49,142 bases of DNA from Rotaria socialis (lineage: Eukaryota), in contig CAJNYD010000461.1 of NCBI GenBank assembly GCA_905331295.1, positions 1 to 49,142 on the forward strand, given 5' to 3'. The position numbers were made by a program, and so were the translations under genes. Shown piece by piece: positions 26,847 through 38,124 of the stretch (the first letter of the stretch is position 1; every line of letters begins with the position of its first letter). Below the pieces are notes generated by a model, which was not told where the DNA came from, made no database searches, and saw only the letters and a program-made list of their open reading frames with translations.

Positions 26847-28420
26847 TCAAAAAGCACTCGCAGTTGTACGCGATCCACGAGATTTAGCCAAGCTCAACAG
26901 TTCGACTGAAAGGAAAAATAGTAAAAAGAAATATTATCAATGTATAATTCACTTACTAGGTATTGGAAAAATGATTGTTGAATTTTTCTCAGCTGCTACT
27001 TGTGTTAATGTTTGAAGGTAGCGTAATTGTAATGCAATTGGACTTTCACTAATTATATCAGCAGCTTCCTAAACATATAAAATTGCTTCTACACTATATA
27101 TCTACACTGAGGAAATCGTACTTTTAATGATCGCGATGCATTTTTTTCACCTTCAGCCGCAATGACCTTCGCACGGGCTTCTCGAGCAGCTAGAAAGATA
27201 AACAAGATCTAATTATTTAATAAAAAATAAATAAAGTCGGACCTTCAGCTTCAGTAGCCATACTACGTTGCATACTGACAGGCAATCGGACGTCTTTGCT
27301 AAATTAGATAATCAAAGTTATCAATAAAACAAAAGACAATAATTAGCTCAAAATACTTACACTTCAACACGTTCGACTTGAACTCCCCATGGTTCAGTTC
27401 CTTCATCAAGATGAACTTGCATTGAATGTGAAATATTTTCACGATCAGATAAAATTTCTTGTAAAGTTTTTGTACCCCTATGATTAAAACAGAAATACTT
27501 TATTCAAGTCTTATTTTTCATATTAACTTACAAAATATTACGAAGTGTTGTTGCTGCAAGTAATTGTGTTGAATTACCTGAATTTTCGACATTAATTACG
27601 CTGATTGTTGGATTACATATTCGAAAATAGACAACAGCATCTACTGAAACTGTCTATATGAAGACAAAAGAAAAGAAAAGTTGTCTACAGTTCTTTAAAT
27701 TACAAACCACAGAATCTTTTGTAAGAATTTCTTGAGGAGGAACATCGAAAGTAACTAGAAAAATGAACAAATCGAATAATAATTCTTTCGATAATCGATA
27801 ATGACTAACCAGTTCGCAAATCGACTTTAGTTATTGAATCAACACATGGTAAAATAAAGAATAAACCAGGACCTTTGGCGCCACCTGATAGAAGATAATC
27901 ATATTTTCATTATATTTTTACTTTATTTCTACCTGAGAGAATTCGACCAAGACGCATAATAACTACTCGTTCATATTCTTGTACAACCTATTCAACAAAT
28001 ATTCGTTTGTATAAAACGATTTGATATATTTTCTTTCTGTCTTTCTTACTTTTACAGTAACACAAAGTGAAAATGGAAATGTAATTACACAAAGAATATA
28101 GGATAATACAACAAGAAACCAACCGCATGCCCCAAGGCCTTCTTTTGTATTTTGTACGTCGCCTAATAATTAAGACGAAAATATTATTTTTCTAATTACT
28201 TAAATAAACTATGATTTAACAGCAGCTGAATAAGCCAAAAACTTCGAAAATTTTTTTATTACATTGATAATTTCTTGGACCAGTATCTCTTGGTACAGTC
28301 GACATATTTCCTGAAAAATGATCATAGATTAATATAGTACATGAAAAAGAAAAATTTAGAATCTTATAACTTACTGTTCAAAGCAGCATCAGTTGAAATT
28401 CGTTCTTTTTTTGATGCCAT
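26847..28420 (-). CDS. Stomatin / band-7 (SPFH) family protein, mec-2-like, 12 exons
   Basis: Exons (minus): 28420-28375, 28310-28263, 28162-28050, 27987-27933, 27884-27810, 27754-27708, 27653-27532, 27477-27361, 27298-27243, 27189-27122, 27068-26957, 26905-26847. They give an open frame with [64 protein letters not shown] and [10 protein letters not shown]...IIFPIP. Confidence 0.95.
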
Positions 28421-29548
28421 AGAGATTTTTTGTTCCACAGAGCTAACTCTATTCAAATGCTAAAAGTAAAATAAACCTTTTTTACCGTTATTTTTTATGT
28501 GGCCAATGCTATTTTCATAGGAGCAATTCTGTTGATAATGTAAAAACGTAGTTTATTTATGCGTCTTTTTTTTCTCATACGTAGATGCTGATTGTATATG
28601 ACGTAGACAACAAAAAAAACATCGTGTTCTTTTTTGTGACTAAAAGTTTCGTCATAGTATGACATACCGATCATAGATTCGAAAGGTGCTCCCATGTGCA
28701 TCCTCCCACTTTCACTTGTGTAGAAAAAGATGAATTAAGAAAGAAAATAACGAATGAAAAATAAAACTTGCGAAGAACAACATAAAAGTAGTGCTCCATG
28801 AGTTACAAATTTTCGTCCGTACACATCAGCGCTGTGCTTCGCATCGCATTAATAGCCGAGACACGTCTAATCACATTGAAAAATAATGTATGTACCGCAA
28901 AACTTAAAGAGGATTTCGTGAGTTCTACGAAACCTTTAAAGGATTTTGGGTTCGTTTCAATCGTCGAAACCACCCTTTTTTTACAACGTACTTGATCTCA
29001 GATGTAAACTACATTAAAATCATGTGTCACTTGAAAAGAGTTTTTATTAACTGTGTTTATTCAGAGCAAGGTGAACTTTTCTCGTTTCTTTCAAATAAAT
29101 TGATAATGCGCGTATTAGTAAATGTATCAATGGCCAAATTTTTTCCTCTGTATTTCTTCAAGTCATATGTCATTGTAAAGAGACGAATTGAGAAATTGCT
29201 TCTTGGCTTATGTTATTTTTCATTATGACTACGACGATGATTTGTATTTTGTCTAAACTACCATTTCAGACAGATGAAAGAGTATCAAAATGAATAATTT
29301 GCCTTATTTTAGTAGCTCGTGATGGTCAATTGTAATCTCGATACCCTATAGTATGTCTTCCTAATAATGTTTTGAGCCGCTTCTTCACAAAAGAGAAGAT
29401 TAAAACAAAAATCACAACCAATAGAACTAAGATGTGAATAGCTTTCAAAGCAGAGGCATTTTTATTTTTTATTATACAAAAACATTTTCTCTAGCGGGAA
29501 AAATTTAGCACATTTTGAGTATTTACCTATTTTTTTCGCTATTCAACA

Positions 29549-30487
29549 CAGAGGTGTGCGGGATAGGGAATTTTCGTGCCCCGCGAATTTCCAGCACCCG
29601 TCCCGCCGACCCCCGCGCAGTTAAATTGCGTAAGCTCCCCCGCCCCGCTCACCCCGTCCGTATAACCCGAAGAAATTTTATATTTAACAAATTGTTTATT
29701 TTAAATTATTTATTGTATATAATCAATTAGATTTGTTTACAAAAAATCTGAGAGAAAAGTGTGGCGTGGGGGTGGTATCCATTTACTACATGTCTCTAAT
29801 GACACTCACACCCTGCTTTATCTAGTATCTATATGTAATATTTGTGTAATTAAATATTTTTATCAGATAAATTGTTCTTTTGTCATTTCCTACAGCTTTG
29901 ATGTAAATAATTTACTGTTATTATTGCGCGAAGATATTCTTAAGTTACTACGTGGTCTCTTGCGGGATTGAAAAAGGTGGTAGTTAGGTGAATTTATATT
30001 TAAAATAATCTAGTAAAACAGAAATATGAGAGAATTGATCTAGTCGTATTTGAAAATCATATTTTGCTGCAGCAACTCTATTTTTCACTTGTCAGTTTTT
30101 CAGGAAAATCCAAAAACATAGTTCAATACAGTATCTTTTTCTCTATCTACTGACATCAATGCTATATCTAGACTCGTTCAAAAACCTGCAGAGCAATCAC
30201 GTAACACTTTCTGTTGTTTAACTTTTTTCTCACTGTTTTATCGGCTCAGAGTCTTTACCGAACGAAAACGAAAAAAGAAATACGTAATAGGCAAGCTTGT
30301 AGATCATTAGATGAAAATAAAGAGCCAATCAATATGTATTTCGTACTACGCACCTAGACTAACGACCTCTCAATAATTTCTACTACCCTTCACGGTGCCC
30401 CATGAAAAATCTTGACCCGCCAGAAACCGTGCCTTTTATTTTTATTTCACCCGCCCCGCTCGCCCGTCAGTGAATCTCACACCTCTG
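29549..30487. mobile_element. hAT-type non-autonomous element
   Basis: TIRs CAGAGGTGTG and CACACCTCTG. Exact 8-bp TSD ATTCAACA at 29541-29548 and 30488-30495. CCCGC-rich subterminal regions. Confidence 0.9.
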
Positions 30488-30569
30488 ATTCAACAATAGT
30501 CGAAAATTATTCTATATACCATTCAATGTAACATTTAATGAGCTACATTTTGGTAAAAAAAGAACTTAC

Positions 30570-31373
30570 TCTTTTAATGAATATTAATAACTAGTATTTA
30601 TTGCTAATGAATAATTAGTTGATACCATTTCGATTTACTTTCAACTTGCAAGTATTTTATACTAAAGAGCATTAAGCATTGGACCCAACTATATACTAAT
30701 TACTATTTCGAAAAGGATCATTTTAGTGAAGTTTTCAGCTTAACTTGCGTAACAACGACCTGCAATTATGCATTGAATCAATTCAAGTCCAGCAAAGTTC
30801 TACAGAAACAAAAAAAATAATCGTTCTTTGTAGTTCGATAAGCTCCATCTGCTTTTTTACTTTGAGCCAACTTGTATTGGAACATGAACTGAGAGTGAGT
30901 TTCTTCAAATTTGGAAGTTCGAACTCTGGAATATTTTCTCCACATAAGAATTCGATTTCAAGTGATACCAAGTTCGAAAGAGATGAAAGTTAAGCGAATA
31001 GTGGATAGGGATGGTTGGGTATTACATTTACGATAAATAGAGATCGCAGTTGAAAGAATTTATTAGTACCAGCATGATTTTCAAAGAAGTAGGCCACTTG
31101 TCCTGGTGTATGCTTATGATTGGAAAGCTTTAATGAATGCCATCGATTGATGTTCTAGTATTGAAAGATGCTATCAAAGTTGTTCTTACTGGTTGAAGTA
31201 AAATCAAATGTATGGCAAAATTCAACGAGAAACTTTTGAAAACGCCAGTTCAGATTTGAGAACGTGATGACTGCATCAATGGAAGTTGTGTAAGATAAAA
31301 TTTCAATAAAAATCTCATTCGGAATGCTTTCAAATAATGTAAAATCATTTTGATCATATCATTTAATAGCCAT
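30570..31373 (-). pseudogene. F-box (+LRR-like) pseudogene
   Basis: ATG at 31373, F-box FESIPNEIFIEILSY...FSNLNWRF, then LRSL/LVSLEI/LPNLKKLTL repeats. In-frame stops at 31359-61, 31155-57 and 30990-92; the downstream exon is also disrupted. Confidence 0.85.
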
Positions 31374-31784
31374 GAGAGCAATCTTCATTGTCTTCTTTTT
31401 TTATTTATTTTATTTGGTCACATAGATGTTCTCTACAAGCGTAATTGTCATAGGAACTTTTCTTCTTAGACTTTGTACTTTTTTTTCTTTGAAAATAATG
31501 GTCTATCAGTCGATAGCAACATGTTTACGGAGTACTAATGATTGATTATATTCTATTCACTTTTTGTTCAGTGAGATCATCAGAAGTGAACGAAAATTTA
31601 TTTCACAGTTCATCTTCTTTCGCTTTATGTAAACAGGTTTTCTCAGATATCCCTAAATCTTCGACAGTGTCCCCACGCGGGCAGCTTGTGCGTGACTTTT
31701 ATCTTAATTCCAATATCAAGAAGCAATATTTTTTGAACTTCAATTGCTTTTATCATTTTATTTTATTTTGTCTAACATATTCAC

Positions 31785-32345
31785 TTATTCCCTCTACTGA
31801 AAGGAGGGTATTACAAAAAACGAGTTAAATACGTTCGTTCGTCTGTTCGTCCAATAGGAAAGCAGATGCATAAACTTAACTAAACTCAAGAAAAATCTGT
31901 AGAGATAGGTTTCACCGAAGGTAACCAGGGTCGGGGAACACGACAGCGTCGTTAGTTTTTTAAAGTTTTGTAGTTCAAGCAAGTTTATAATCGATTAGGA
32001 GCAGTTTAGATCGTCGCGTTCTCGTAAGAGGAATTCTTTGTAGGGGAAATTTTTTGAGGGTACCATTCGATGGTGTTTATAGTGCTAGATGTATCGTATG
32101 GTTATATGAGGTCTTATTACGAATAGGCTATAGGCATCTTGCGATGGAATTGTTTCTCAATTTGGCAACGACTAGCCGCTCACCTGCACTAAGACGTTGA
32201 AAGCTTTTTTTCAAAGTCTTCAGTTTATTCTTTGTATGTCAATTTTTATTGTAGCACGAAGAATTTATTCAAACTTAATTCCTAGAATTCTAGACTAGGG
32301 CATCTACGAACGGCCGTGAACTGGAAAGGTACTCGGGAATCTTGT
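31785..32345 (+). mobile_element. Helentron-associated/DINE-1-like non-autonomous element (degenerate)
   Basis: 5' TATTCCCTCTACTGAAAGGAGGGTATT hairpin followed by a GTTC/GTCT microsatellite. The 3' end GACTAGGG...CTTGT resembles the 40358-40911 element. Right boundary uncertain. Confidence 0.45.
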
Positions 32346-32835
32346 CTCATTCTTCTCTAAATTATGAGGAATTCATCGCATATGTAGATGAAACTGGATT
32401 AAATTAGTCCCATAACTATTGTTTTCGGGCTTTTGAAAGTACTCTTGTTTTTCATCTAATAATTATAGAATGAGGCGAAGCTTTCTATCAATCATGCCGT
32501 GTTTAAAAGGATCACGTTCGCCGCATATATGAAACAAAACTAACCGCTCAGTTAAAAATCTGTTGTGATTCTAAGACTATAGACCTGGGAGACTTATAAA
32601 GTAGTTACAGGTTGTCTCGAGCAGAAAAGTTGAAACAATTTTCGAAAAGAAGAGATATCTTGAAGTTCTTCCGAAGACAGGTCGTGAAATAATTGGTCAA
32701 CTCGTGTGAAATACTTGAAATTTATATTTGTCGTGATTATCTTACTAAGTTTAGTTTTTCCTGATTGCAAGTAGATTCGATTCAAAAGATGTAAATGTTA
32801 GATTTATCTATCTGTGAACGTGCACCCCGGAATGG

Positions 32836-33457
32836 ATATATGCATTCTAGACGAGAAACGCATCGAAACAAAAAGAACCCAGATGGAGTTGAGCAAAAAT
32901 GAGGACAAATCTAACCGAAATCGAGTTAGAAAAAGTCAGTTTGATTTAATCTATGATCTACTCGTGCAGATTCATGTTAAATATCTAGTGCATAGGTCAA
33001 TTTGAGTTGTAACTTTACTAAAATGGGGTATTTCGACCATAACTATCTTGAATGAGTCTTTTTCTTCACTCCGTTATCAAGCTGATTGAAAGTTTTCGGA
33101 GCATAGCTTGAGCTGTAGCAGATCGGATGCATTTAACTTCGGTATTCCCATATAGTACTAGTAGGTACCACTTAAATGTCGTTTACTTGGTGATACTTCC
33201 AAGCAAGTTTTCTATTTCTGCTCGGTTAATCATTATCCTTTTGTAGTTACATTCCCCTCCTTCGGGGCGTGCTAATCAACCGGAGAGAAAGAGAGATACA
33301 CGTGTAATAGACAATATCAGTATGTATAGAGGAGAAGTCGTTGTATACCTTAATTAAGATCGCACTACTGATTTGTGAATTGATTCTTCTATTACATTAT
33401 TATTTTATATAATTTTGTAAATTCTTGAAGATAATATTTGTTTTGAATGTTCTTTCG
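32836..33457 (+). repeat. 622-bp direct repeat, copy 1
   Basis: Apparently identical to 36189-36810 (offset 3,353). Segment 33236-33362 recurs again at 36812-36938 with one mismatch. Confidence 0.95.
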
Positions 33458-33478
33458 AGAATAATTCAGAATAATTAA

Positions 33479-33523
33479 GCCATCTGATGATTCCTTTAGC
33501 CGGGATGAAATCTAGATAATGGC
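33479..33523 (+). ncRNA. Type I hammerhead ribozyme motif 1
   Basis: Stem I GCCAT/ATGGC; core CTGATGA; stem II TCC/GGA; GAAA; palindromic stem III ATCTAGAT; AUA cleavage triplet. Followed by CACACCCCATACCCACACCC. Confidence 0.8.
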
Positions 33524-33570
33524 AGCTCATTCACACCCCATACCCACACCCTCAAATTTATTAGATTAAT

Positions 33571-33619
33571 TGCCATCTGATGATTTGGGTTGTTCCAATG
33601 AAATCTATAGATTATGGTA
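33571..33619 (+). ncRNA. Type I hammerhead ribozyme motif 2
   Basis: Stem I TGCCAT/ATGGTA; CTGATGA; stem II TTGG/CCAA; GAAA; palindromic ATCTATAGAT; AUU triplet. Identical to motif 3, but its tail is truncated to CACAC. Confidence 0.8.
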
Positions 33620-33748
33620 GCTGGTCACACTACAGTTATTTGAATTTATCAACATTTATATATGAGTTATTTTAATTCTATATTTATGTCAGATATAAAA
33701 TAATCAAATAATCTTTTGATTTTTGTCAAAAAAAATGATTAAATTAAT

Positions 33749-33797
33749 TGCCATCTGATGATTTGGGTTGTTCCAATGAAATCTATAGATTATGGTA
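33749..33797 (+). ncRNA. Type I hammerhead ribozyme motif 3
   Basis: Same structure as motif 2, followed by CACACCCACACCCC. Confidence 0.8.
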
Positions 33798-33840
33798 GCT
33801 GGTCACACCCACACCCCTTAAATCGACTTAAAGATATTAA

Positions 33841-33884
33841 GCCACCTGGCGAGACCCCTAAGCAAGGTTGAAATCGATTGCGGT
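33841..33884 (+). ncRNA. Degenerate type I hammerhead motif 4 (core CTGGCGA)
   Basis: GCCAC/GCGGT stem I with a mismatch; stem II GACC/GGTT; GAAA; ATCGAT palindrome. Followed by CACCCACACCC. The core A6->G change probably inactivates it. Confidence 0.65.
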
Positions 33885-34056
33885 AGCTTCCTGCACCCAC
33901 ACCCTATACTTGTTTATGATTATAGTTAAGTGAATGCTATTTGGAAAATTTTAAATGTGCAAATGTACTCTATTTGATTATTGTATGGAAAAGTAATTCG
34001 AATGTATCCATAAGAATAATTTAATAATTACTATCTAGTAGGTACAATATTAAGAA

Positions 34057-34105
34057 TACCACCTGATGAAGTCTAGCCAAGACAGAAACAACTGTTGTCG
34101 TGGTA
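34057..34105 (+). ncRNA. Type I hammerhead ribozyme motif 5 (GUC site)
   Basis: Perfect stem I TACCAC/GTGGTA; CTGATGA; stem II GTCT/AGAC; GAAA; stem III ACAAC-T-GTTGT; GUC triplet at 34097-34099. CACACACACCCACCC lies downstream. Confidence 0.88.
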
Positions 34106-34533
34106 CGGCATTCTAATTTCTAAATGCACACACACCCACCCTAGACACAAGAATTTACAAATGCATGCTTATCTGTTATTTACTTCGCCAACATGAGAGC
34201 GAGATACAAGTTATTACCCTCACCGTATGGTAGCAGTAGCAAAAACCAAAGAGTGATAATGATAAAACAAATAAATGATAACAATATGAAAGTACTGAAG
34301 TTTACAGGGTATTCTTGGAAAACAACAAATTTGAGAATTTCTTAATCTGAAAATTGCAGATTATCTTGTCATTTTATCTCTATGAATTACAAAATGAACG
34401 CCAACCGCGTTGTGTAAGATCAACCTTGCGATTTGACTCCATACTTCTTGTCTACACGTAGGACAATTTCCTTTATAATAGTTTTGATATCTTTCTATAG
34501 CGGGTCAAGCGCGACCACTAATGAGAAAGCATC

Positions 34534-35514
34534 ATGAAGGCGAGAACCAAGCAAACACTCCTGTTGGTATTCCGTTTGGCTATATACCTTCTCGCATGGG
34601 AGACGTTGATTACCAACACTTTGACAATTTTTGTACAGTCTCTAAAAGTAACGCGTGGCAGCTACTATGAAGTGATCGATCGTCAAATTCACAATACCAG
34701 TAATGAATACACGGATTATCTATACGCCATCAAGGACAACTACACAGTGTTGGACTGCACGGAGCCGATTGGTCCTGTACGTGATAACAATTTCAACTAT
34801 CGATTTTTAAAACAGCCCATCTCTCTGATATTTTTTTGGATTGGTCAACTAATCATGATTGCCGTGTCATCTGCCGACATATTTTGTTTCATTCAACAAT
34901 ATCGCCGAGGGCCGGCTGAAGCCACTAATCAATCGACTACTGCGGAAGAGCGAGATTGCTGCATGAGATGCAAGTCATGCTGTGACAAATTCGGATCGAT
35001 TCTCATGAAGGTCGGTCGTATTGTATTCGTATCAACTACTTATGCGGTGCCTGCGTACTATATGGCTAATTTTGATTACAAGACGCCGTGTCTCACACCT
35101 TACCCGAAGTTGTTTCTTGGTGATACCGGTCTTATTTTCTATTACGGTAATTTGAGTGTCATGGTCGTGATCAGTACGATCCTCTTGTGGCGTCAGATAC
35201 GGACGGGAATTCCCGAGACTGTGTTCGATATCAAAAGACTCCGCATCTGTTGTGAGTCAACTGCCAAAGGCGCTTCGTTTTGTGCCCTGTTAACATGCAA
35301 CCGAAAAGCTATTATGCGTGCGGCATTATTGCAGATAGTGATGGGAATTGCGGCTGTGGGTCTATTTGGTTCTATGGTAATATTTTTCACCGAGCTGGCA
35401 AGTAAAACTGACGGCTTTGCTACAGCTGTTAACGGCGGTCTTCGTATGGGTTTCAGCGTCGTTGCTTTTCTTGGTAATCTTGATACCATTGCCTGCTGTG
35501 ACTGTTGTCGCTGA
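34534..35514 (+). CDS. Uncharacterised intronless multi-pass membrane protein (326 aa, ~6 hydrophobic segments, Cys clusters)
   Basis: Uninterrupted ORF, visibly more GC-rich than its flanks. N-glycosylation sequons lie in the first loop; Cys clusters CCMRCKSCC and C-terminal CCDCCR. A possible 5' UTR acceptor ends at 34500. Confidence 0.75.
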   Translation: MKARTKQTLLLVFRLAIYLLAWETLITNTLTIFVQSLKVTRGSYYEVIDRQIHNTSNEYTDYLYAIKDNYTVLDCTEPIGPVRDNNFNYRFLKQPISLIFFWIGQLIMIAVSSADIFCFIQQYRRGPAEATNQSTTAEERDCCMRCKSCCDKFGSILMKVGRIVFVSTTYAVPAYYMANFDYKTPCLTPYPKLFLGDTGLIFYYGNLSVMVVISTILLWRQIRTGIPETVFDIKRLRICCESTAKGASFCALLTCNRKAIMRAALLQIVMGIAAVGLFGSMVIFFTELASKTDGFATAVNGGLRMGFSVVAFLGNLDTIACCDCCR

Positions 35515-35617
35515 TGCTAATTATTAAAATCGTACACACTTCTCGCTTCTACTTAAGTATTTTATGCACGAGTTTTTCAAACTTTTCAACTGATTCATAC
35601 TATGATCCAGAAAAACT

Positions 35618-35652
35618 GGGTGTGTGGGTGTCTTCATTCTACACCCACACCC
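35618..35652. repeat. Inverted pair of telomere-type repeats (GGGTGT / ACACCC) forming a hairpin
   Basis: GGGTGTGTGGGTGT-cttcattct-ACACCCACACCC. Confidence 0.7.
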
Positions 35653-36188
35653 TCAAGACTGAAGTCATATTTAGTAGGATAATAAAATATATGCGTACTG
35701 CTAACTTTAATTGTAAATCGCGTGTACTATCTCATCTGTGACAAGAATAATTGGAAATTAACTAAATTTCCAGGGTCATATAATTTGTTAAAATATCACG
35801 TGATACTTTAGATTCGTATTATTCTATAAAGATGATTTTTGTTGTATACGAATATAGACAGCTATAAAATATATGATTATTGAATTAATAAACAGAAAAA
35901 TAATGATAATACAAGATATACTCATCATAATTGGTTATTATTATTAAGTTGATTTATTCTCAAATAGAATTAAAATTAATTATTAATTTATATACCGATT
36001 CAATTCTTATCTTTTTAAGAATATTTTCTGAGAATAAAAAAAGTACTAATGACTTCTTCTTTATATATTTGGATAAATAAATTTAAACAGAAAAAGCGGA
36101 AAATAGATTGTAAATAATTTAATTGGTTCATTAATTTGATTTATTAGAAGAATTTTCAATAGTTTTATATTTAATTTAATTGTGATAC

Positions 36189-36810
36189 ATATATGCATTC
36201 TAGACGAGAAACGCATCGAAACAAAAAGAACCCAGATGGAGTTGAGCAAAAATGAGGACAAATCTAACCGAAATCGAGTTAGAAAAAGTCAGTTTGATTT
36301 AATCTATGATCTACTCGTGCAGATTCATGTTAAATATCTAGTGCATAGGTCAATTTGAGTTGTAACTTTACTAAAATGGGGTATTTCGACCATAACTATC
36401 TTGAATGAGTCTTTTTCTTCACTCCGTTATCAAGCTGATTGAAAGTTTTCGGAGCATAGCTTGAGCTGTAGCAGATCGGATGCATTTAACTTCGGTATTC
36501 CCATATAGTACTAGTAGGTACCACTTAAATGTCGTTTACTTGGTGATACTTCCAAGCAAGTTTTCTATTTCTGCTCGGTTAATCATTATCCTTTTGTAGT
36601 TACATTCCCCTCCTTCGGGGCGTGCTAATCAACCGGAGAGAAAGAGAGATACACGTGTAATAGACAATATCAGTATGTATAGAGGAGAAGTCGTTGTATA
36701 CCTTAATTAAGATCGCACTACTGATTTGTGAATTGATTCTTCTATTACATTATTATTTTATATAATTTTGTAAATTCTTGAAGATAATATTTGTTTTGAA
36801 TGTTCTTTCG
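36189..36810 (+). repeat. 622-bp direct repeat, copy 2 (ends at N 36811; partial copy 3 at 36812-36938)
   Basis: Sequence identity with 32836-33457. Confidence 0.95.
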
Positions 36811-36817
36811 NTCCTTT

Positions 36818-36952
36818 TGTAGTTACATTCCCCTCCTTCGGGGCGTGCTAATCAACCGGAGAGAAAGAGAGATACACGTGTAATAGACAATATCAGTATG
36901 TATAGAGGAGAAGTCGTTGTATACCTTAATTAGGATCGAGTTAGTGCTTACA
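36818..36952. mobile_element. Short LTR-like segment (135 bp), complete only in this copy
   Basis: TGTA...TACA termini. The other two copies break off after GATCG (33362, 36715). Followed by A-TGGCAC (weakly PBS-like). No TSD. Confidence 0.35.
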
Positions 36953-38124
36953 ATGGCACACCAATCAATTCCATAACTTTGATTTATTTGATGATAATGA
37001 TGATGCACGATTGAGCACAGCTTAAAAGTAAATAAACCTTACTTAACGTTCAAACCTGTTCTTTTCTTTTCTTTGTGTTCTTATGATCAGTATATATTAA
37101 CTCATAAACTACATGTAGATTCCAGTTTTACTGAAAGTGACCAATATCGTCCTTTGGAATTCTAAAAAGATGGAAACTACCATTCTAAGGATGTCCTTAA
37201 CTAAATAATAGCTTACACTATTAATTATATGATGACAAAAGATAACGTGTGAAGGATACCTCTATGACAGTGATGAAATTACTTGTCACATTGAGTCATA
37301 TAAAGAAAAGTGTTGTCATAGATTTTCCCTCAGTAGCGATACAGAGAAAGAAATAATACTCGAAAATATATGCAGCATGAAAAAAGTCTCTTATTTTCGC
37401 CTACCCAGACATATATATATATATGAAGAGCAAAATAGAGATGCGAAGTAAAGGTAATCGTCAGTAAATTTAGAAGGCTGCTGATGACTCATTTATGACT
37501 TTATGAAAAGTTGGAATTCTGCACTGAACTGCTGAAAGATGTTGGAAAAAATTATCGAGAGTGCTGCCTTTTTCTAATTGTTTTGTCGCAGAAATAACTG
37601 ATACTTGAATACTTCTTGTTGGTTGCACCGTCATGAAGGAAGATAAGAAATGTTTTTTTTAAAAGAGCTATTAGCTAATCTGATATTTTTGCTGATACTT
37701 CAATTGGAGTTATGCGAATGTTTTGATGAAAACATATAACAGAAATCGAGAGAGAAAAAGAGAAATAAAAACAACAAAAATAATGCTTCTTTCAGATGAA
37801 CAACTTTATAAAAAAAAGTGGGTGATGATTGTGAGTGCGGAGAACAAGGAAAAGGTTGCGCAAGTTGGAAAAACCCATACAACGACGCCATAGGTTTGCC
37901 AGTCTGCCGTTTTTCGTCACATCATTTTTTTTTGTCGCAGTATACATTTATAGACCTTCTCTTGTTTTGTTTTTCAACAAAAAAAGTGCTATTTTTCTGC
38001 TTGCAAAATTCTCATCGTTCGATGTATGCTATTTGGTTTCTTTTTTTTAGATATTCATTCTTGTACTTATTATTATAAATCGATCATACAAAAACAAATA
38101 TTCAAACGAATATATATTTTTTCA

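Noticed and set aside
32575..32589. GACCTGGG resembling the terminus at 204-211
   Set aside because: Only a short match in the same orientation, with no partner end or clear subterminal repeats.
33363..33372. CACTACTG as a CACTA transposon terminus at the start of segment B
   Set aside because: No matching CAGTAGTG end was found near the other boundary (36188).
33470..34142. CRISPR array or tRNA cluster interpretation of the repeated motifs
   Set aside because: Irregular spacing and divergent repeats; the hammerhead fold explains the conserved positions.
35193..35489. Antisense ORF, and similar ones at 4141-4389, 43367-43651, 45634-45828 and 46743-46946
   Set aside because: Shadows of real coding regions on the opposite strand, with no independent motifs.
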